Assembly (NCBI GenBank): GCA_950097015.1
Contig: CATNEN010000039.1
Coordinates: 20,584,001 to 20,648,000, forward strand
From: Macrostomum hystrix
Lineage: Eukaryota > Animalia > Platyhelminthes
Direction: 5' to 3'
Length of the DNA: 64,000 nucleotides
The notes beneath the pieces were generated by a model, which saw only the letters and a list, made by a program, of their open reading frames with translations, did no database searches and was not told the DNA's origin. Positions 31,501 through 46,500 of this stretch are shown one piece after another (the first letter of the stretch is position 1; every line of letters begins with the position of its first letter). Made by a program: the position numbers and the translations under genes.

Positions 31501-34500
31501 CGTATCTGGATCAAAAACACTGTCATTTGCAGAGAAGAAAATTTTTCGAACCGTGAAGTACAAGCACAAAGACTTTGGAAAATCGCGTCGACTCATTGTG
31601 ACCAAGCTGCGTTTCTCTTCATTCATCAAGCGGTTCTGCGGCCTCTGGTTCTCCCAGCAGGTTTTCCAGAAAGCCTATTATTACACCTCTAGGAACTACT
31701 TCACCGTCGACAAGAATAACGAGTTCAATTTGGATCGTTTCGACGAGGACGACTGCCAGTAAGAATTACGAAAAACCACACTTTTTGTATTCCCAATCGA
31801 AACTCATAATCAATGATGAGTACTAATCGACATTTCCCAATTTGGATATTAGCCAATCAATGGTCCTTTCTGATTGTCATAAAATGTATTGATTAAATCT
31901 CCATTCGCCCTTTACACTGTACACTCGCAGCTCGCGGGACAGAATCGAGTTCACCGCCATGTTTACGCTGTCGACCTTCGCCGATCCGGCAAATGTCTGG
32001 CGCAACGAAATCTTGGAGAAGGAGCTGCTTGAAGGTCTCAACTTCATCTTTCCCGACTTGGTCGTCGAGATCCTGCAGACTTCAATCAATCCGGCCGATA
32101 CGGAATTCGATAGCCAACGCCGCCGAGTGCAGCAGCAGGTCATCCTGACGCAGAAATCGTACGCTGAACCTGAACAGTACGATGCCGGTAGCGCAGGCAT
32201 CTTCGGTGGCGACGGCGGCAGCGGCAGTGTCAGCAGAGGCGTTGAAAAGAAATCAGAGACATGGGGCAAGCACTACGCCAAGGCCAGTCTGCGCCTCTGG
32301 CTGGCCCTCGGCCAACTCAGGAGCCCGATAGACGAGCGAATCTTCAGCATCGAGGGAGCTATCGATGTCTCGGACGTTGTATTTGAGTGAGTGGGCGGGC
32401 TGCGGGCGACGGCACATAAATTGGTGACAGTAGACCCGCAGCCAGCGAGGAGGCAATTCTGCCCATTCGCTGACTCCTGAGCACACACTCACAGGTGTGT
32501 ACATCTATCACAGAGTGCACTTTCACTGTGCCTTGGATGTTGGCTTTCAATTAGCGCCCCAAATGAATGTGACCTCGCCGCGGAATTGTGCCTAGGGACC
32601 TTGGCGCGAGAGGAAAACGGTATTGGATTCACTATCTATTCTCTCTACTGTCAGTAGTGCAGTTTGAACACGAAAGCTCGTCGATTCCAAACCTCGCAGC
32701 TCGAAAGGCCTGATGTTTAAGGCCAGCTACATCATCAGCGTCTCACGCGAAACTACCTGGTCTAGCCATCGCTTGGCGCAACTGTTTTACAAGGGCGCCA
32801 TCTCCAGAGATTTTCTCCTGGAAAGGACCAAGATCCGGTTGAGTTTGGTGCCTCTGAGTTCTCCATTCGTTGTCAAATCCGCCGAGGGCTGCTCGGACAG
32901 TCCGGCCAATGCAACTCTAGTCTATCATCGTGGCGCCCTGGAGCTTAGCAAGGACGAGCAGCTCTATTGGTCGAAGAAGAACGCGTCCGAGTTGAGAATG
33001 GACACAGCCAGACTCATCTCCATCAGCTACGCCAACGCCCCCAAGGCCGAACTCAAGGCCAGCGGATTCAGGGCTATTCGCTCCGACTCTGTGCTGAGTT
33101 CAACCTTCTTGAACCTGGATGCCCAGGTTGTGTAAGTCTTGCTTGCTTGCCTCGTAGGACCCTGCACCTACTAATGAGCCTCAGAGAACCCTAGAACCTA
33201 CTAATGAGCCTCAAAGAACCCTATAACCTACTAATGAGCCTCAAAGAACCCTATAACCTACTAATGATCTTCAGAAAACCCTAAAACCTACTAATGAGCC
33301 TCAGAGAACCCTAGAACCTACTAATGAGCCTCAAAGAACCCTATAACCTACTAATGAGCCTCAAAGAACCCTAGAACCTACTAATGATCTTCAGAAAACC
33401 CTAGAACCTACTAGTCAGCCTCAGAGAACCCTATAGAACCTACTAATGAGCCTCAGAGAACCCTAGAACCTACTAATGATCTTCAGAAAACCCTAGAACC
33501 TACTAATGATCTTCAGAAAACCCTAGAACCTACTAATGATCTTCAGAAAACCCTAGAACCTACTAGTCAGCCTCAGAGAACCCTATAGAACCTACTAATG
33601 AGCCTCAGAAAACCCTAGAACCTACTAATGAGTCTCAGAGAACCCTAGAACCTACTAATGATCTTCAGAAAACCCTAGAACCTACTAATGAGCCTCAGAG
33701 AACCCTAGAACCTACTAATGATCTTCAGAAAACCCTAAAACCTACTAATGAGCCTCAGAGAACCCTAGAACCTACTAATGATCTTCAGAGAACCCTAAAA
33801 CCTACTAATGATCTTCAGAAAACCCTAGAACCTACTAATGAGCCTCAGAGAACCCTAGAACCTACTAATGATCTTCAGAAAACCCTAAAACCTACTAATG
33901 AGCCTCAGAGAACCCTAGAACCTACTAATGATCTTCAGAGAACCCTAAAACCTACTAATGATCTTCAGAAAACCCTAGAACCTACTAATGAGCCTCAGAG
34001 AACCCTAAAACCTACCAAACAGCCTCAGAGAACCCTTAAACCAACAAATGAGCCTCAGAGAACCTTTAAACCAACAAATGAGCCTCAGAGAACTCTTAAA
34101 CCAACAAATCAGCCTCAGAGAACTCTTAAACCAACAAATGAGCCTCAGAGAACTCTTAAACCAACAAATCAGCCTCAGAGAACTCTTAAACCAACAAATG
34201 AGCCTCAGAGAACCCTAGAACCTACTAATGATCTTCAGAGAACCCTAAAACCTACTAATGATCTTCAGAAAACCCTAGAACCTACTAATGAGCCTCAGAG
34301 AACCCTAAAACCTACCAAACAGCCTCAGAGAACCCTTAAACCAACAAATGAGCCTCAGAGAACCTTTAAACCAACAAATGAGCCTCAGAGAACTCTTAAA
34401 CCAACAAATCAGCCTCAGAGAACTCTTAAACCAACAAATGAGCCTCAGAGAACTCTTAAACCAACAAATCAGCCTCAGAGAACTCTTAAACCAACAAACG

Positions 34501-37500
34501 AGCCTCAGAGAACCCTAAAACCTATCAATGTGCCTCAGAGAACCCAGTTGGCCACAAAATAAATTTTGTTACTAAGGCCTGTACTCAACAAACAGACATT
34601 GTGTACTACTTAATTCGCTTATTAAAGATGCAATTTTTGGCTTCAATTTTCCAAACAAGCTTCTATAGAATTCAGTCCCAGTTCTTACTCAGTTTAGCCT
34701 GTTCCATTGTGCTTCTAGTCCAAGAGCTATTTGAGCAGAGCCTCACAAGTCTCTTTTTCTACCCTCTCCCGGCCTTCACAAAAATTGTTTTCGCATAAAA
34801 AAACTGCTTCGCACATGTCGGAAACGCCGGCATAGCCTAATCTGCAATGCTTCTTTGTATATACAAGCTCAAACTCGCAGCTTTGACGCTGCTCAAAATT
34901 AGCTCCACTGCCAAGTTCCAAGGTCAGAAGAAATTCACAATTTGACAATGCACTCGCTGCTGCTGCTGCTGCTGCTGCTTGGCCTGAGTTTTGCGAGCCT
35001 GTTTGTGCAAGCTCACAGCCAGGCAGCTGATCAGATCGAACCAAATATCAACCTGGCCCTGTCTGACGCTGACGACGCGGCCACCATCGAGGCCAAGTTG
35101 AGCAGTCTGCCCAGTGCCGCACTCAGAGGCTGCTACTCAATGCGACGCAAATTTCACTTTCGGGCCCGATTCAGGCTCAACCGAGACCTCATGCGATTCT
35201 ACTATGGAAAGACTTGAGCTTTATTGAATGCTTTTTGTGTGGAAATTATGCTGAACAATTTTTCTTGTTTTATTTTTATATTTTATTCCTTTTCTGTACA
35301 GAATGGTTTGGTACCATTCCATGGGTCCTTAAAGTGTTTTTGTACCATCGAATTTCAGTTTTTTCTTTCTTGTCTGCGTACTAAAAAAACTTGTGTGTAA
35401 ATAAAATAATTTATTAGCGCATAGTATATGGACATTTTCCGTCCTTCTAGCTTGTAAATTACCTTGGTATGCTTCTTTTACCATTTATTTCTTCTACTAA
35501 ATGGAAAAAGATTTGCATTGGATTTTAGAAAAAAACTAATCCAAACGCATAAAGTCCCACTTTCCAGCTCATACAGTCCCACCACAGCTCATACAGTCCC
35601 ATCACAGCTCATACAGTCCCATCACAGCTCATACAGTCCCACCACAGCTCATACAGTCCCACCACAGCTCATACAGTCCCACCACAGCTCATACAGTCCC
35701 ATCACAGCTCATTCAGTCCCATCACAGCTCATACAGTCCCACCACAGCTCATACAGTCCCATCACAGCTCATACAGTCCCACCACAGCTCATACAGTCCC
35801 ACCACAGCTCATACAGTCCCACCACAGCTCATACAGTCCCACCACAGCTCATACAGTCCCATCACAGCTCATACAGTCCCATCACAGCTCAAACAGTCCC
35901 ACCACAGCTCATACAGTCCCAACACAGCTCATACAGTCCCACCACAGCTCATACAGTCCCATCACAGCTCATACAGTCCCATCACAGCTCATACAGTCCC
36001 AACACAGCTCATACAGTCCCATCACAGCTCACACAGTCCCAACACAGCTCATACAGTCCCAACACAGCTCATACAGTCCCACCACAGCTCATACAGTCCC
36101 AACACAGCTCATACAGTCCCACCACAGCTCATACAGTCCCACCACAGCTCATACAGTCCCAACACAGCTCATACAGTCCCAACACAGCTCATACAGTCCC
36201 ATCACAGCTCAAACAGTCCCACCACAGCTCATACAGTTCTACACTAGCTAACTCGTCCATCAAAGCTGCTATTGTTCTCTCTCTCGCACCCACCCCAACA
36301 GCGGCTCGCAGCTGCAGTTCCGTACTCAGTACACAGTTGAGTCGGTCAATCCGGAAACTGCTCAGCTCACCCAGGATAATCTCAATGCCAAGTTTCACGC
36401 CGGCCTTCAAGCCAGAGCTGCCGAATTTCGTGTCCAAGGCTTTCCAAAGCAGTCCGCCTGCGACGATTGTCGACTAGAACTAGCCTGTGAGCCCAGCATT
36501 GACCAGCTGCAGAGCCGGCCGTACGCTGTTCGCCGACTCATCCACCTGATGCGAGCCAAGGTGTCGCCAAGCGTTCAGAACGACGCTGGCGAATCAGTTT
36601 CTATTAACCAATTAATTAGCCACTGGATCAAGGTGCTTTACCTGGACTACTTTAGAGACAGTCTGCGTACTAACTATATGCCGCAAATCTACACCTATGT
36701 GCCCTTTGACTCAGATATAGCAGTCGAAAATGATGAGATCAGGTGAGCGTACTTGTCTGCTGGTCTAACGATGTGTCCACACATGATTTACACATGTACA
36801 CACATGATTTACACATGTACACACATGATTTACACATGTACGCACAAGATTTAAAGGCTTCAATAAGGACTCTAACGCTTTCAAGGACTAAGATATAATT
36901 TTATATTCGGAGCCCTTTGACTACGATCAGATTACTTGGGTCTATATACAGCATTCCACATTGCTTTTCCAACTAATTGGAATTCAGTTTTTGTAGAAAT
37001 TCTAATAATCAATAAACTTTTTACAGAAGTCTTTGACTAATTCGTTTTGGTAGAAATTCTACAGCCAGTCACAGCCAGTCACAGATAGTCACAGCCAGTC
37101 ACTCAGCCATTCACACTGCTAGTCACACTGCCAGTCACACAGCTAATCACACAGAAATCCTGCTCCATCTCAACCCTTATAGAGGCCAGTTAAAGCTAAG
37201 TTACGTCCTGATGCGGGACCCAAAAATGTTCGATCCCGCATTCGCCAACCGCCATCTGTGGCCGGAGGAGGATTTTGCCGACAACTTTCTCAAGGCGTTC
37301 CGCGAGTTCAACCAGGTCACCAACCTATTCTCCACCGCGCCAGAACCGATGACCGACGTTGAGCTGTTCCCGCTGATGCCTCCGCAGGGTGACGTGCTGG
37401 TAGTTTCCCGGGTGGACAAGGAGGCCATTGTGACATTCGAAGGCCTGTCACGGGCGAATTGCTCAGATTCTGTTTTCTCGGAAAAGGTTTGCTGCTGCCG

Positions 37501-40500
37501 TTGTGACATCCTAATTTCAATAGTGTACATCAATTCATAGTAGCGGTTGTGGCATTGTGGTTAACGATAATAATTGCACGAGGGCTGGCATATCATTTGG
37601 TGATACTAGACCTGCAGCCAGGAAGTAGGCAGTTCTACCTATTTCGCTGACTCCTGAGCACACACGCACACAGATACCGTACGCAGGCACACGCTCACAC
37701 AGGTGTGTCCATCTGCCCTGACTTTCGCATCGTCAGGCAGTGTACACCTTCACTGTGCCTTGGAGGTTGGCCCTCAAGTGCGTAAACTGCACGACAAGCC
37801 CCCCAAGCCTTCTCTCCGCGGCTGCTGGGCTGCAAATGAATGTGGCCTTGCCGCGGAATCGAACTCAGGGACCTTGGTGCGAGAGGCAAACGCCTTAACC
37901 GCTCTGCCACCGACTCCCCCCGCCTAGTGGTTAGAGTGTCGAACTCGCGACTTAAAGGTCAGGGGTTCGATTCCCAACTCTATTAGAACAAGTTGTGCCC
38001 TTTAGCAAGACACTTGCTTCGTAAAGGGTAACCAAGGTGTAGCATCTTCCCAGTCCATTGACTGAACAGCTGTTCGCGGCCTTCAGATGCGCCGCGCAAT
38101 AGCTGCGACTGTACTGTCTTCTGGCCTTCTGGCTGCACTTCTGGCCCGACTGGTGCAAGTGTAATCAATTATTATTATTACAGTGAGCATCCACCATAAA
38201 GCATTCACTATACTGTAAGTAGTATTTCCGCAAAATCTTCTCCCGCCAACATCCAGCTGAGCCGCTTCAACTCGACCAAGTATCGCATTCAGACGCGCGA
38301 TCAAGTGCAAGCCATCCCTGAGCGAAGCGGCTGCACTGTACGCTTCCCCATTAGCGCCACTAATCCAGACGAGGTAGACACGAACACCTGGAACACGAAC
38401 CTCCTACTGCAGCTGTTTGGCTCTGTGTTCACTGGAGAATTTTCTAGGAACTCCCTGGAACTCGTAGACAAGAAGACCAGGTGTGTCTACTGCGATAGCA
38501 CCAGGCGCATCTACCTGGGAATCGATGCCGACTACAGAAACGTCAGTCTTGTCTCCAGTGTCGAACTGCTCACTGTGCTCAACTACGAAGAGAAGAAGCG
38601 TCACCTAATCTATGATCACGTGAGTTAATGAAGTCTTTTTTGTTTTATTTAGTCGTATCAATTGGCCCGTGCTATAGAATACCATATAGGTTAATAGAGA
38701 GCGATTTTAGTTGTTTTTGTCACCAGGGTCTTTGACAAGAATAGCTGAATATCTCGACGATGCTGACGTCGTATCGGGTATGTTAAATAAACCCTTGGTA
38801 TTTTGCCAGGGGGAATAGCGTGTTCTAACTACTATCAACTCCTTGGGTAGTCTAGCGGGTAGCAAGAAATCGAACCTCCGACCCCACAACATACCAGCTC
38901 CTGCCAGCACTGTCTTTGTCGAGCAGCTTTCGCAACCTGTTCATGGGCCGGCGACGCTATCAGCTTAGCGAGGCGGACAACGTTGACTTCGACTATCGGC
39001 GAATCAACGAACATGAACGATACAGCATCGTCTTCGACGCCAACATCCTGCCATCGGATGCCAGCTGGTCAGAGTATCACCTGCGAAAAGTGTTCACCGG
39101 CTGGATGTCCAGCCAGATGGAGCGCGGATCCAATGTCAAGCTGAGCAAAATCACTGTGCATAGTGAGTTGTACTTTTTGAGTACTTATATCTGGGTTCGG
39201 CTAAGCCTTAGTAACGACTAAAATGCATTTTAAACTTCTCAAAGACCTCTATAACGACTCAAACGCTTCTCGAACAACTCAACCTCTTCTTCAACAAATC
39301 AAACGCCTCTTAAACAACTCAAACTTAGATATTGCAAATCCTGCATTGAATTAATCAATAATAAAACGCGATGCAATTTCAGTCCTGGACCCTGTGGAGA
39401 TGTCTGAGTTCATTCCGCCACCCAAGGCAGAGGTGTACACTGCATTGGTCAACATGTCTATGCCAGTTTTTATAAAAAGCGATATTAACGTTAGAACGGT
39501 GGTAAGTTCCGCTGGCATTTCCTCTCTTAACCTTTACTCTCAATGTTATATTTTAAACAAAATTGCTACGCACCTTGCAATCACCATACAGATTAATGAC
39601 GCATTGTACAGTAGCCAAGACAGGGTCTTTAATTTGGGACTTGACGACGCTCAGTTTAATTTGCTCAAGTAAGTGCCTCATGACTAATAAAATCCAAGGT
39701 GGCACCCGCCCCCCCAAATCCAAGGTGGCACCCGCCCCCCCCCAAATCCAAGGTGGCACCCGCCCCCCAAATCCAAGGTGGCACCCGCCCCCCAAATCCA
39801 AGGTGGCACCTGCCCCCCAAATCCAAGGTGGCACCCGCCCCCCCAAATCCAAGGTGGCACCCGCCCCCCAAATACAGGGTGGCACCCGCCCCCCAAAGGT
39901 TGTCCCCTAAAGGAGGTAGAGCCCTCCAAATAAAGTGATGCCCCTAATCCAATGTGACATTCCCCCTAATTCAAGCTGGAGCCCCTACTTAGACTCGGCC
40001 CCTCAAAAAATCCTGGCTGATTAGTGGCAACCAGAGTACAGCTTTTGCGTCTCTGTGATCTAATTTTGCAGCCGAAGCATGCCAGATGGAACCAGTACTA
40101 CCTACCTGAACATTGAGAACTGCCCGGCCACAATGCTCATTCATCTGCCACAGCTGCTGACTCGCAGCAGTGTTATTCGCAAACTCCGAACTGGTTTGAA
40201 ATGGTCAGCCGACACAATTGACATCGACTTCGGCAAAGCAGACATCAGCGGTATGTGGCACTGCTTCTTTTCAATGTTAGGAAGTATTGCGAGCTAAATT
40301 CTATTCTATGTTTGATAGACAGATATACAAAATGAAACAAATATCACCAAACCCCTCCTCACAATGTACACTGAACTCACTCGACCAAACCCCTCCTCAC
40401 AATGTACACTGAACTCACTCGACCAAACCCCTCCTCACAATGTACACTGAACTCACTTGACCAAACCCCTCCTCACAATGTACACTGAACTCACTTGACC

Positions 40501-43500
40501 AAACCCCTCCTCACAATGTACACTGAACTCACTCGACCAAACCCCTCCTCACAATGTACACTGAACTCACTCGACCAAACCGCTCCTCACAATGTACACT
40601 GAACTCACTCGACCAAACCGCTCCTCACAATGTACACTGAACTCACTCGACCAAACCCCTCCTCACAATGTACACTGAACTCACTCGACCAAACCGCTCC
40701 TCACAATGTACACTGAACTCACTCGACCAAACCGCTCCTCACAATGTACACTGAACTCACTCGACCAAACCCCTCCTCACAATGTACACTGAACTCACTC
40801 GACCAAACCCCTCCTCACAATGTACACTGAACTCACTCGACCAAACCCCTCCTCACAATGTACACAGAACTCACTCGACCAAACCGCTCCTCACAATGTA
40901 CACTGAACTCACTCGACCAAACCCCTCCTCACAATGTACACTGAACTCACTCGACCAAACCGCTCCTCACAATGTACACTGAACTCACTCGAACAAACCG
41001 CTCCTCACAATGTACACTGAACTTACTCGACCAAACCCCTCCTCACAATGTACACAGAACTCACTCGACCAAACCCCTCCTCACAATGTACACTGAACTC
41101 ACTCGACCAAACCGCTCCTCACAATGTACACTGAACTCACTCGACCAAACCGCTCCTCACAATGTACACTGAACTCACTCGACCAAACCCCTCCTCACAA
41201 TGTACACTGAACTCACTCGACCAAACCGCTCCTCACAATGTACACTGAACTCACTCGACCAAACCGCTCCTCACAATGTACACTGAACTCACTCGACCAA
41301 ACCCCTCCTCACAATGTACACTGAACTCACTCGACCAAACCCCTCCTCACAATGTACACTGAACTCACTCGACCAAACCCCTCCTCACAATGTACACTGA
41401 ACTTACTCGACCAAACCGCTCCTCACAATGTACACTGAACTCACTCGACCAAACCGCTCCTCACAATGTACACTGAACTCACTCGACCAAACCCCTCCTC
41501 ACAATGTACACTGAGCTCACTCGACCAAACCCCTCCTCACAATGTACACTGAACTCACTCGACCAAACCCCTCCTCACAATGTACACTGAGCTCACTCGA
41601 CCTCCGAATGTACACTCTACTAACTTTCTCACCTATTTCCCTGCTGCAGTATTCTACGACTCAAAGGCTCTGATGAGGGTTGACTGCAGCCAGACTTCGC
41701 GCCGCGTCAAGTTCCTGATCATGCTGCGCCTGCTGAACACTGCCGGCAACCAAGCCATCGCCAATGTCACTCACAGCACCAAAGAGTTCAGATATCGCGA
41801 CGAAATGATTGCCGGTATGAAGAGAATAGTTGAGCACAACATACTGGACTTCTACGGTCTGGACATCAGCATCACTGGAACCAAGGCGGTCGAGATTATG
41901 TTCCGTTCCACCTTCAACACCGGAGTGGTACAGGTTGACTACAACCTCATCAGCGGTATCCCCGGCTTCAAGTGGATCACTTTAGTGCGCGATACTAATG
42001 AGCTTCTGAATAGAATTAGCCTCAGGACCAGCTATGATGGGCACCAGTATCACGATGTGATAAAGAAGATCGGCTATGTCCAGTTAAGAGGAGTGCCAAC
42101 CACTCAAGGTTTGTGGTTCAGCGGGTTTCGTCCGTCACTGTCATCACCGTCACTGTCCGTCTGTCATCACTGTCACTCTGTCACTGTCCGTCTGTCATCA
42201 ATGTCACTCTGTCACTGTCCGTCTGTCATCACTGTCACTGTCCGTCTGTCATCACTGTCACTGTCCGTCTGTCATCACTGTCACTGTCCGTCTGTCATCG
42301 CTGTCACTGTCCGTCTGTCATCACTGTCACTGTCCGTCTGTCATCACTGTCACTCTGTCATCACTGTCACTCTGTCATCACTGTCACTCTGTCATCACTG
42401 TCACTCTGTCATCACTGTCACTCTGTCATCACTGTCACTCTGTCATCACTGTCACTCTGTCATCACTGTCACTCTGTCATCACTGTCACTCTGTCATCAC
42501 TGTCACTCTGTCATCACTGTCACTCTGTCATCACTGTCACTCTGTCATCACTGTCACTCTGTCATCACTGTCACTCTGTCATCACTGTCACTGTCCGTGT
42601 GTCATCACTGTCACTGTCCATCTGTCATCACTGTCACTCTGTCAGTGTCTGTCTGTCATCACTGTCACTCTGTCAGTGACCGTCTGTCATCACTGTCACT
42701 CTGTCAGTGTCCGTCTGTCATCACAGTCAGTGTCACTATGTCATCATTGTCACTATCACTCTGCTATCACTGTCACTCTGTCATCACTGTCACTCTGTCA
42801 TCACTGTCACTCTGTCATCACTGTCACTCTGCTATCACTGTCACTCTGTCAGTGTCCGTCTGTCATCACTGTCACTCTGCTATCACTGTCACTCTATCAC
42901 ACGTGTCAGAGTCTATCACATTGCCACTTAGTTTTTTACATGCAGTGCCAGTTATTACCATTTTTCTCTAAAATTTTCTTCGTTGTTATATATTTCTTGT
43001 CTGAAATGAAAGAGCTGGCCTTTGAAAATGACACTTTTTTATATTTTCAGTTTATGACAGATGCTCATTTAGCCGACACTTTCGAGTTCTGCAGACGACT
43101 CAACTGAAAATCATCGACAGGAACCAGTTCCAGCTGCTGGGCTATTATCTGAACTCAACTAAAGCACTGCATTACTTGGTGGGCTGGTGCACCTGTGCAA
43201 CTAAAATAATTGCTAAATTCATCCGACCTGTCCTCAAAGACCTGTCCTCTAGACCTGTCCTCAGAGACCTGTCCTCTAGACCTGTCCTCTAGACCTCTAG
43301 ACTACGGCATGACATAGACCTGTCCTCTAGACCTGTCCTCTAGACCTGTCTTCTAGACCTGTCCTCTAGACCTGTCCTCTAGACCTGTCCTCTAGACCTG
43401 TCCTCTAGACCTGTCCTCAAAGACATGTCCTCTAGACCTGTCCTCAAAGACCTGTCCTCTAGACCTGTCCTCAGAGACCTGTCCTCTAGACCTGTCCTCT

Positions 43501-46500
43501 AGACCTGTCCTCTAGACCTGTCCTCTAGACCTGTCCTCAGAGACCTGTCCTCTAGACCTGTCTTCTAGACCTGTCCTCTAGACCTGTCCTCTAGACCTGT
43601 CCTCTAGACCTGTCCTCTAGACCTGTCCTCTAGACCTGTCCTCAGAGACCTGTCCTCTAGACCTGTCCTCAAAGACCTGTCCTCTAGACCTGTCCTCAAA
43701 GACCTGTCCTCAGAGACCTGTCCTCTAGACCTGTCCTCAGAGACCTGTCCTCTAGACCTGTCCTCAGAGACCTGTCCTCTAGACCTGTCCTCTAGACCTG
43801 TCCTCTAGACCTGTCCTCTAGACCTGTCCTCTAGACCTGTCCTCCAGACCTGTCCTCAAAGACCTGTCCTCTAGACCTGTCCTCAAAGACCTGTCCTCTA
43901 GACCTGTCCTCTAGACCTCTAGACTACGGCATGACATAGACCTGTCCTCTAGACCTGTCCTCTAGACCTGTCCTCAAAGACATGTCCTCTAGACCTGTCC
44001 TCAAAGACCTGTCCTCTAGACCTGTCCTCAGAGACCTGTCCTCTAGACCTGTCCTCTAGACCTGTCCTCTAGACCTGTCCTCTAGACCTGTCCTCTAGAC
44101 CTGTCCTCTAGACCTGTCCTCTAGACCTGTCCTCAAAGACCTGTCCTCTAGACCTGTCCTCAAAGACCTGTCCTCAGAGACCTGTCCTCTAGACCTGTCC
44201 TCTAGACCTGTCCTCTAGACCTGTCCTCTAGACCTGTCCTCTAGACCTGTCCTCCAGACCTGTCCTCAGAGACCTGTCCTCTAGACCTGTCCTCTAGACC
44301 TGTCCTCAGAGACCTGTCCTCAGAGACCTGTCCTCTAGACCTGTCCTCAGAGACCTGTCCTCTAGACCTGTCCTCAGAGACCTGTCCTCTAGACCTGTCC
44401 TCTAGACCTGTCCTCTAGACCTGTCCTCTAGACCTGTCCTCTAGACCTGTCCTCTAGACCTGTCCTCTAGACCTGTCCTCTAGACCTGTCCTCAGAGACC
44501 TGTCCTTTGACCCGTCTTGGCACCCAATTCTCACTTTCCAGATGAACACAATCTACGTTCTGAAATTAAGTCAGCTTCAAATCTACAGCGTGGTTCCGAA
44601 TACTACTGTACTGCATCGGCACGGCATCAACAACAGGTAAATTTTGCTGAACTTATAACCGAATTTATCTATTATAAACAAGATATGAGATACGCAATAA
44701 AAATTTTAATTCCACCTCTAGTTCCGACACGTTAGAATTCGACATCTCTTACGAGCTAATTGGGTCGCACTGGTTCAACATTGAAGATGACATTGTGAAC
44801 ATTTTTGTCAATCAAATGCTGGACAGACTGGCACAAGCCTATGGATTCGTTAGACAGCAGGCCATTATACAAAGTAAGGCCGGTTTGTCATATGCTAAAT
44901 CTATTTACCTTTCTTAACTAATTAACTTTCATCCTTTACCGAAATAATATTTACAGTGCTCAATGTAAAGCAGAATGGTATTCACTGCGTCTCAAAAATT
45001 GTCTCAGGAGCAGACAGCACCACCACCAGTGAGTCCGTGTTTCTAATAAAAATGATAAACAGTATTAGAAACCACATGCTCATCATTCCTTCGTTCACTC
45101 TCCCATCCCCATAGTGGTCTACTCTCCCATCCCATCCTGGTCTACTCTCCCATCTCATCCTGGTCTACTCTCCCATCCTATCCTGGTCTACTCTCCCATC
45201 TCATCCTGGTCTACTCTCCCATCTCATCCTGGTCTACTCTCCCATCTCATCCTGGTCTACTCTCCCATCTCATCCTGGTCTACTCTCCCATCTCATCCTG
45301 GTCTACTCTCCCATCCTGGTCTACTCTCCCATCCTGGTCTACTCTCCCATCCCATCCTGGTCTACTCTCCCATCTCATCCTGGTCTACTCTCCCATCTCA
45401 TCCTGGTCTACTCTCCCATCTCATCCTGGTCTACTCTCCCATCCTGGTCTACTCTCCCATCCTATCCTGGTCTACTCTCCCATCCTGGTCTACTCTCCCA
45501 TCCCATCCTGGTCTACTCTCCCATCCTGGTCTACTCTCCCATCCCATCCTGGTCTACTCTCCCATCCCATCCTGGTCTACTCTCCCATCTCATCCTGGTC
45601 TACTCTCCCATCCTGGTCTACTCTCCCATCCAATCCTGGTCTACTCTCCCATCCTGGTCTACTCTCCCATCCTGGTCTACTCTCCCATCCCATCCTGGTC
45701 TACTCTCCCATCTCATCCTGGTCTACTCTCCCATCCTGGTCTACTCTCCCATCCTGGTCTACTCTCCCATCCTGGTCTACTCTCCCATCCTGGTCTACTC
45801 TCCCATCCCATCCTGGTCTACTCTCCCATCTCATCCAGGTCTACTCTCCCATCCCATCCTGGTCTACTCTCCCATCTCATCCTGGTCTACTCTCCCATCC
45901 TGGTCTACTCTCCCATCCCATCCTGGTCTACTCTCCCATCCCATCCTGGTCTACTCTCCCATCTCATCCTGGTCTACTCTCCCATCCTGGTCTACTCTCC
46001 CATCCAATCCTGGTCTACTCTCCCATCCTGGTCTACTCTCCCATCCTGGTCTACTCTCCCATCCTGGTCTACTCTCCCATCCCATCCTGGTCTACTCTCC
46101 CATCTCATCCTGGTCTACTCTCCCATCCTGGTCTACTCTCCCATCCTGGTCTACTCTCCCATCCTATCCTGTTCTACTCTCCCATCTCATCCTGGTCTAC
46201 TCTCCCATCTCATCCTGGTCTACTCTCCCATCTCATCCTGGTCTACTCTCCCATCTCATCCTGGTCTACTCTCCCATCCTATCCTGGTCTACTATCCCAT
46301 CTCATCCTGGTCTACTCTCCCATCCCATCCTGGTCTACTCTCCCATCCTATCCTGTTCTACTCTCCCATCTCATCCTGGTCTACTCTCCCATCTCATCCT
46401 GGTCTACTCTCCCATCTCATCCTGGTCTACTCTCCCATCTCATCCTGGTCTACTCTCCCATCTCATCCTGGTCTACTCTCCCATCTCATCCTGGTCTACT

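Noticed and set aside
37715-37750. Hammerhead-like CTGACGA..GAAA in SINE A (minus strand)
   Set aside because: Only 3 nt separate the motifs (no stem II), there is no stem III or cleavage triplet, and the CTGAC simply pairs with GTCAG in a plain hairpin. An Rfam scan would settle it.
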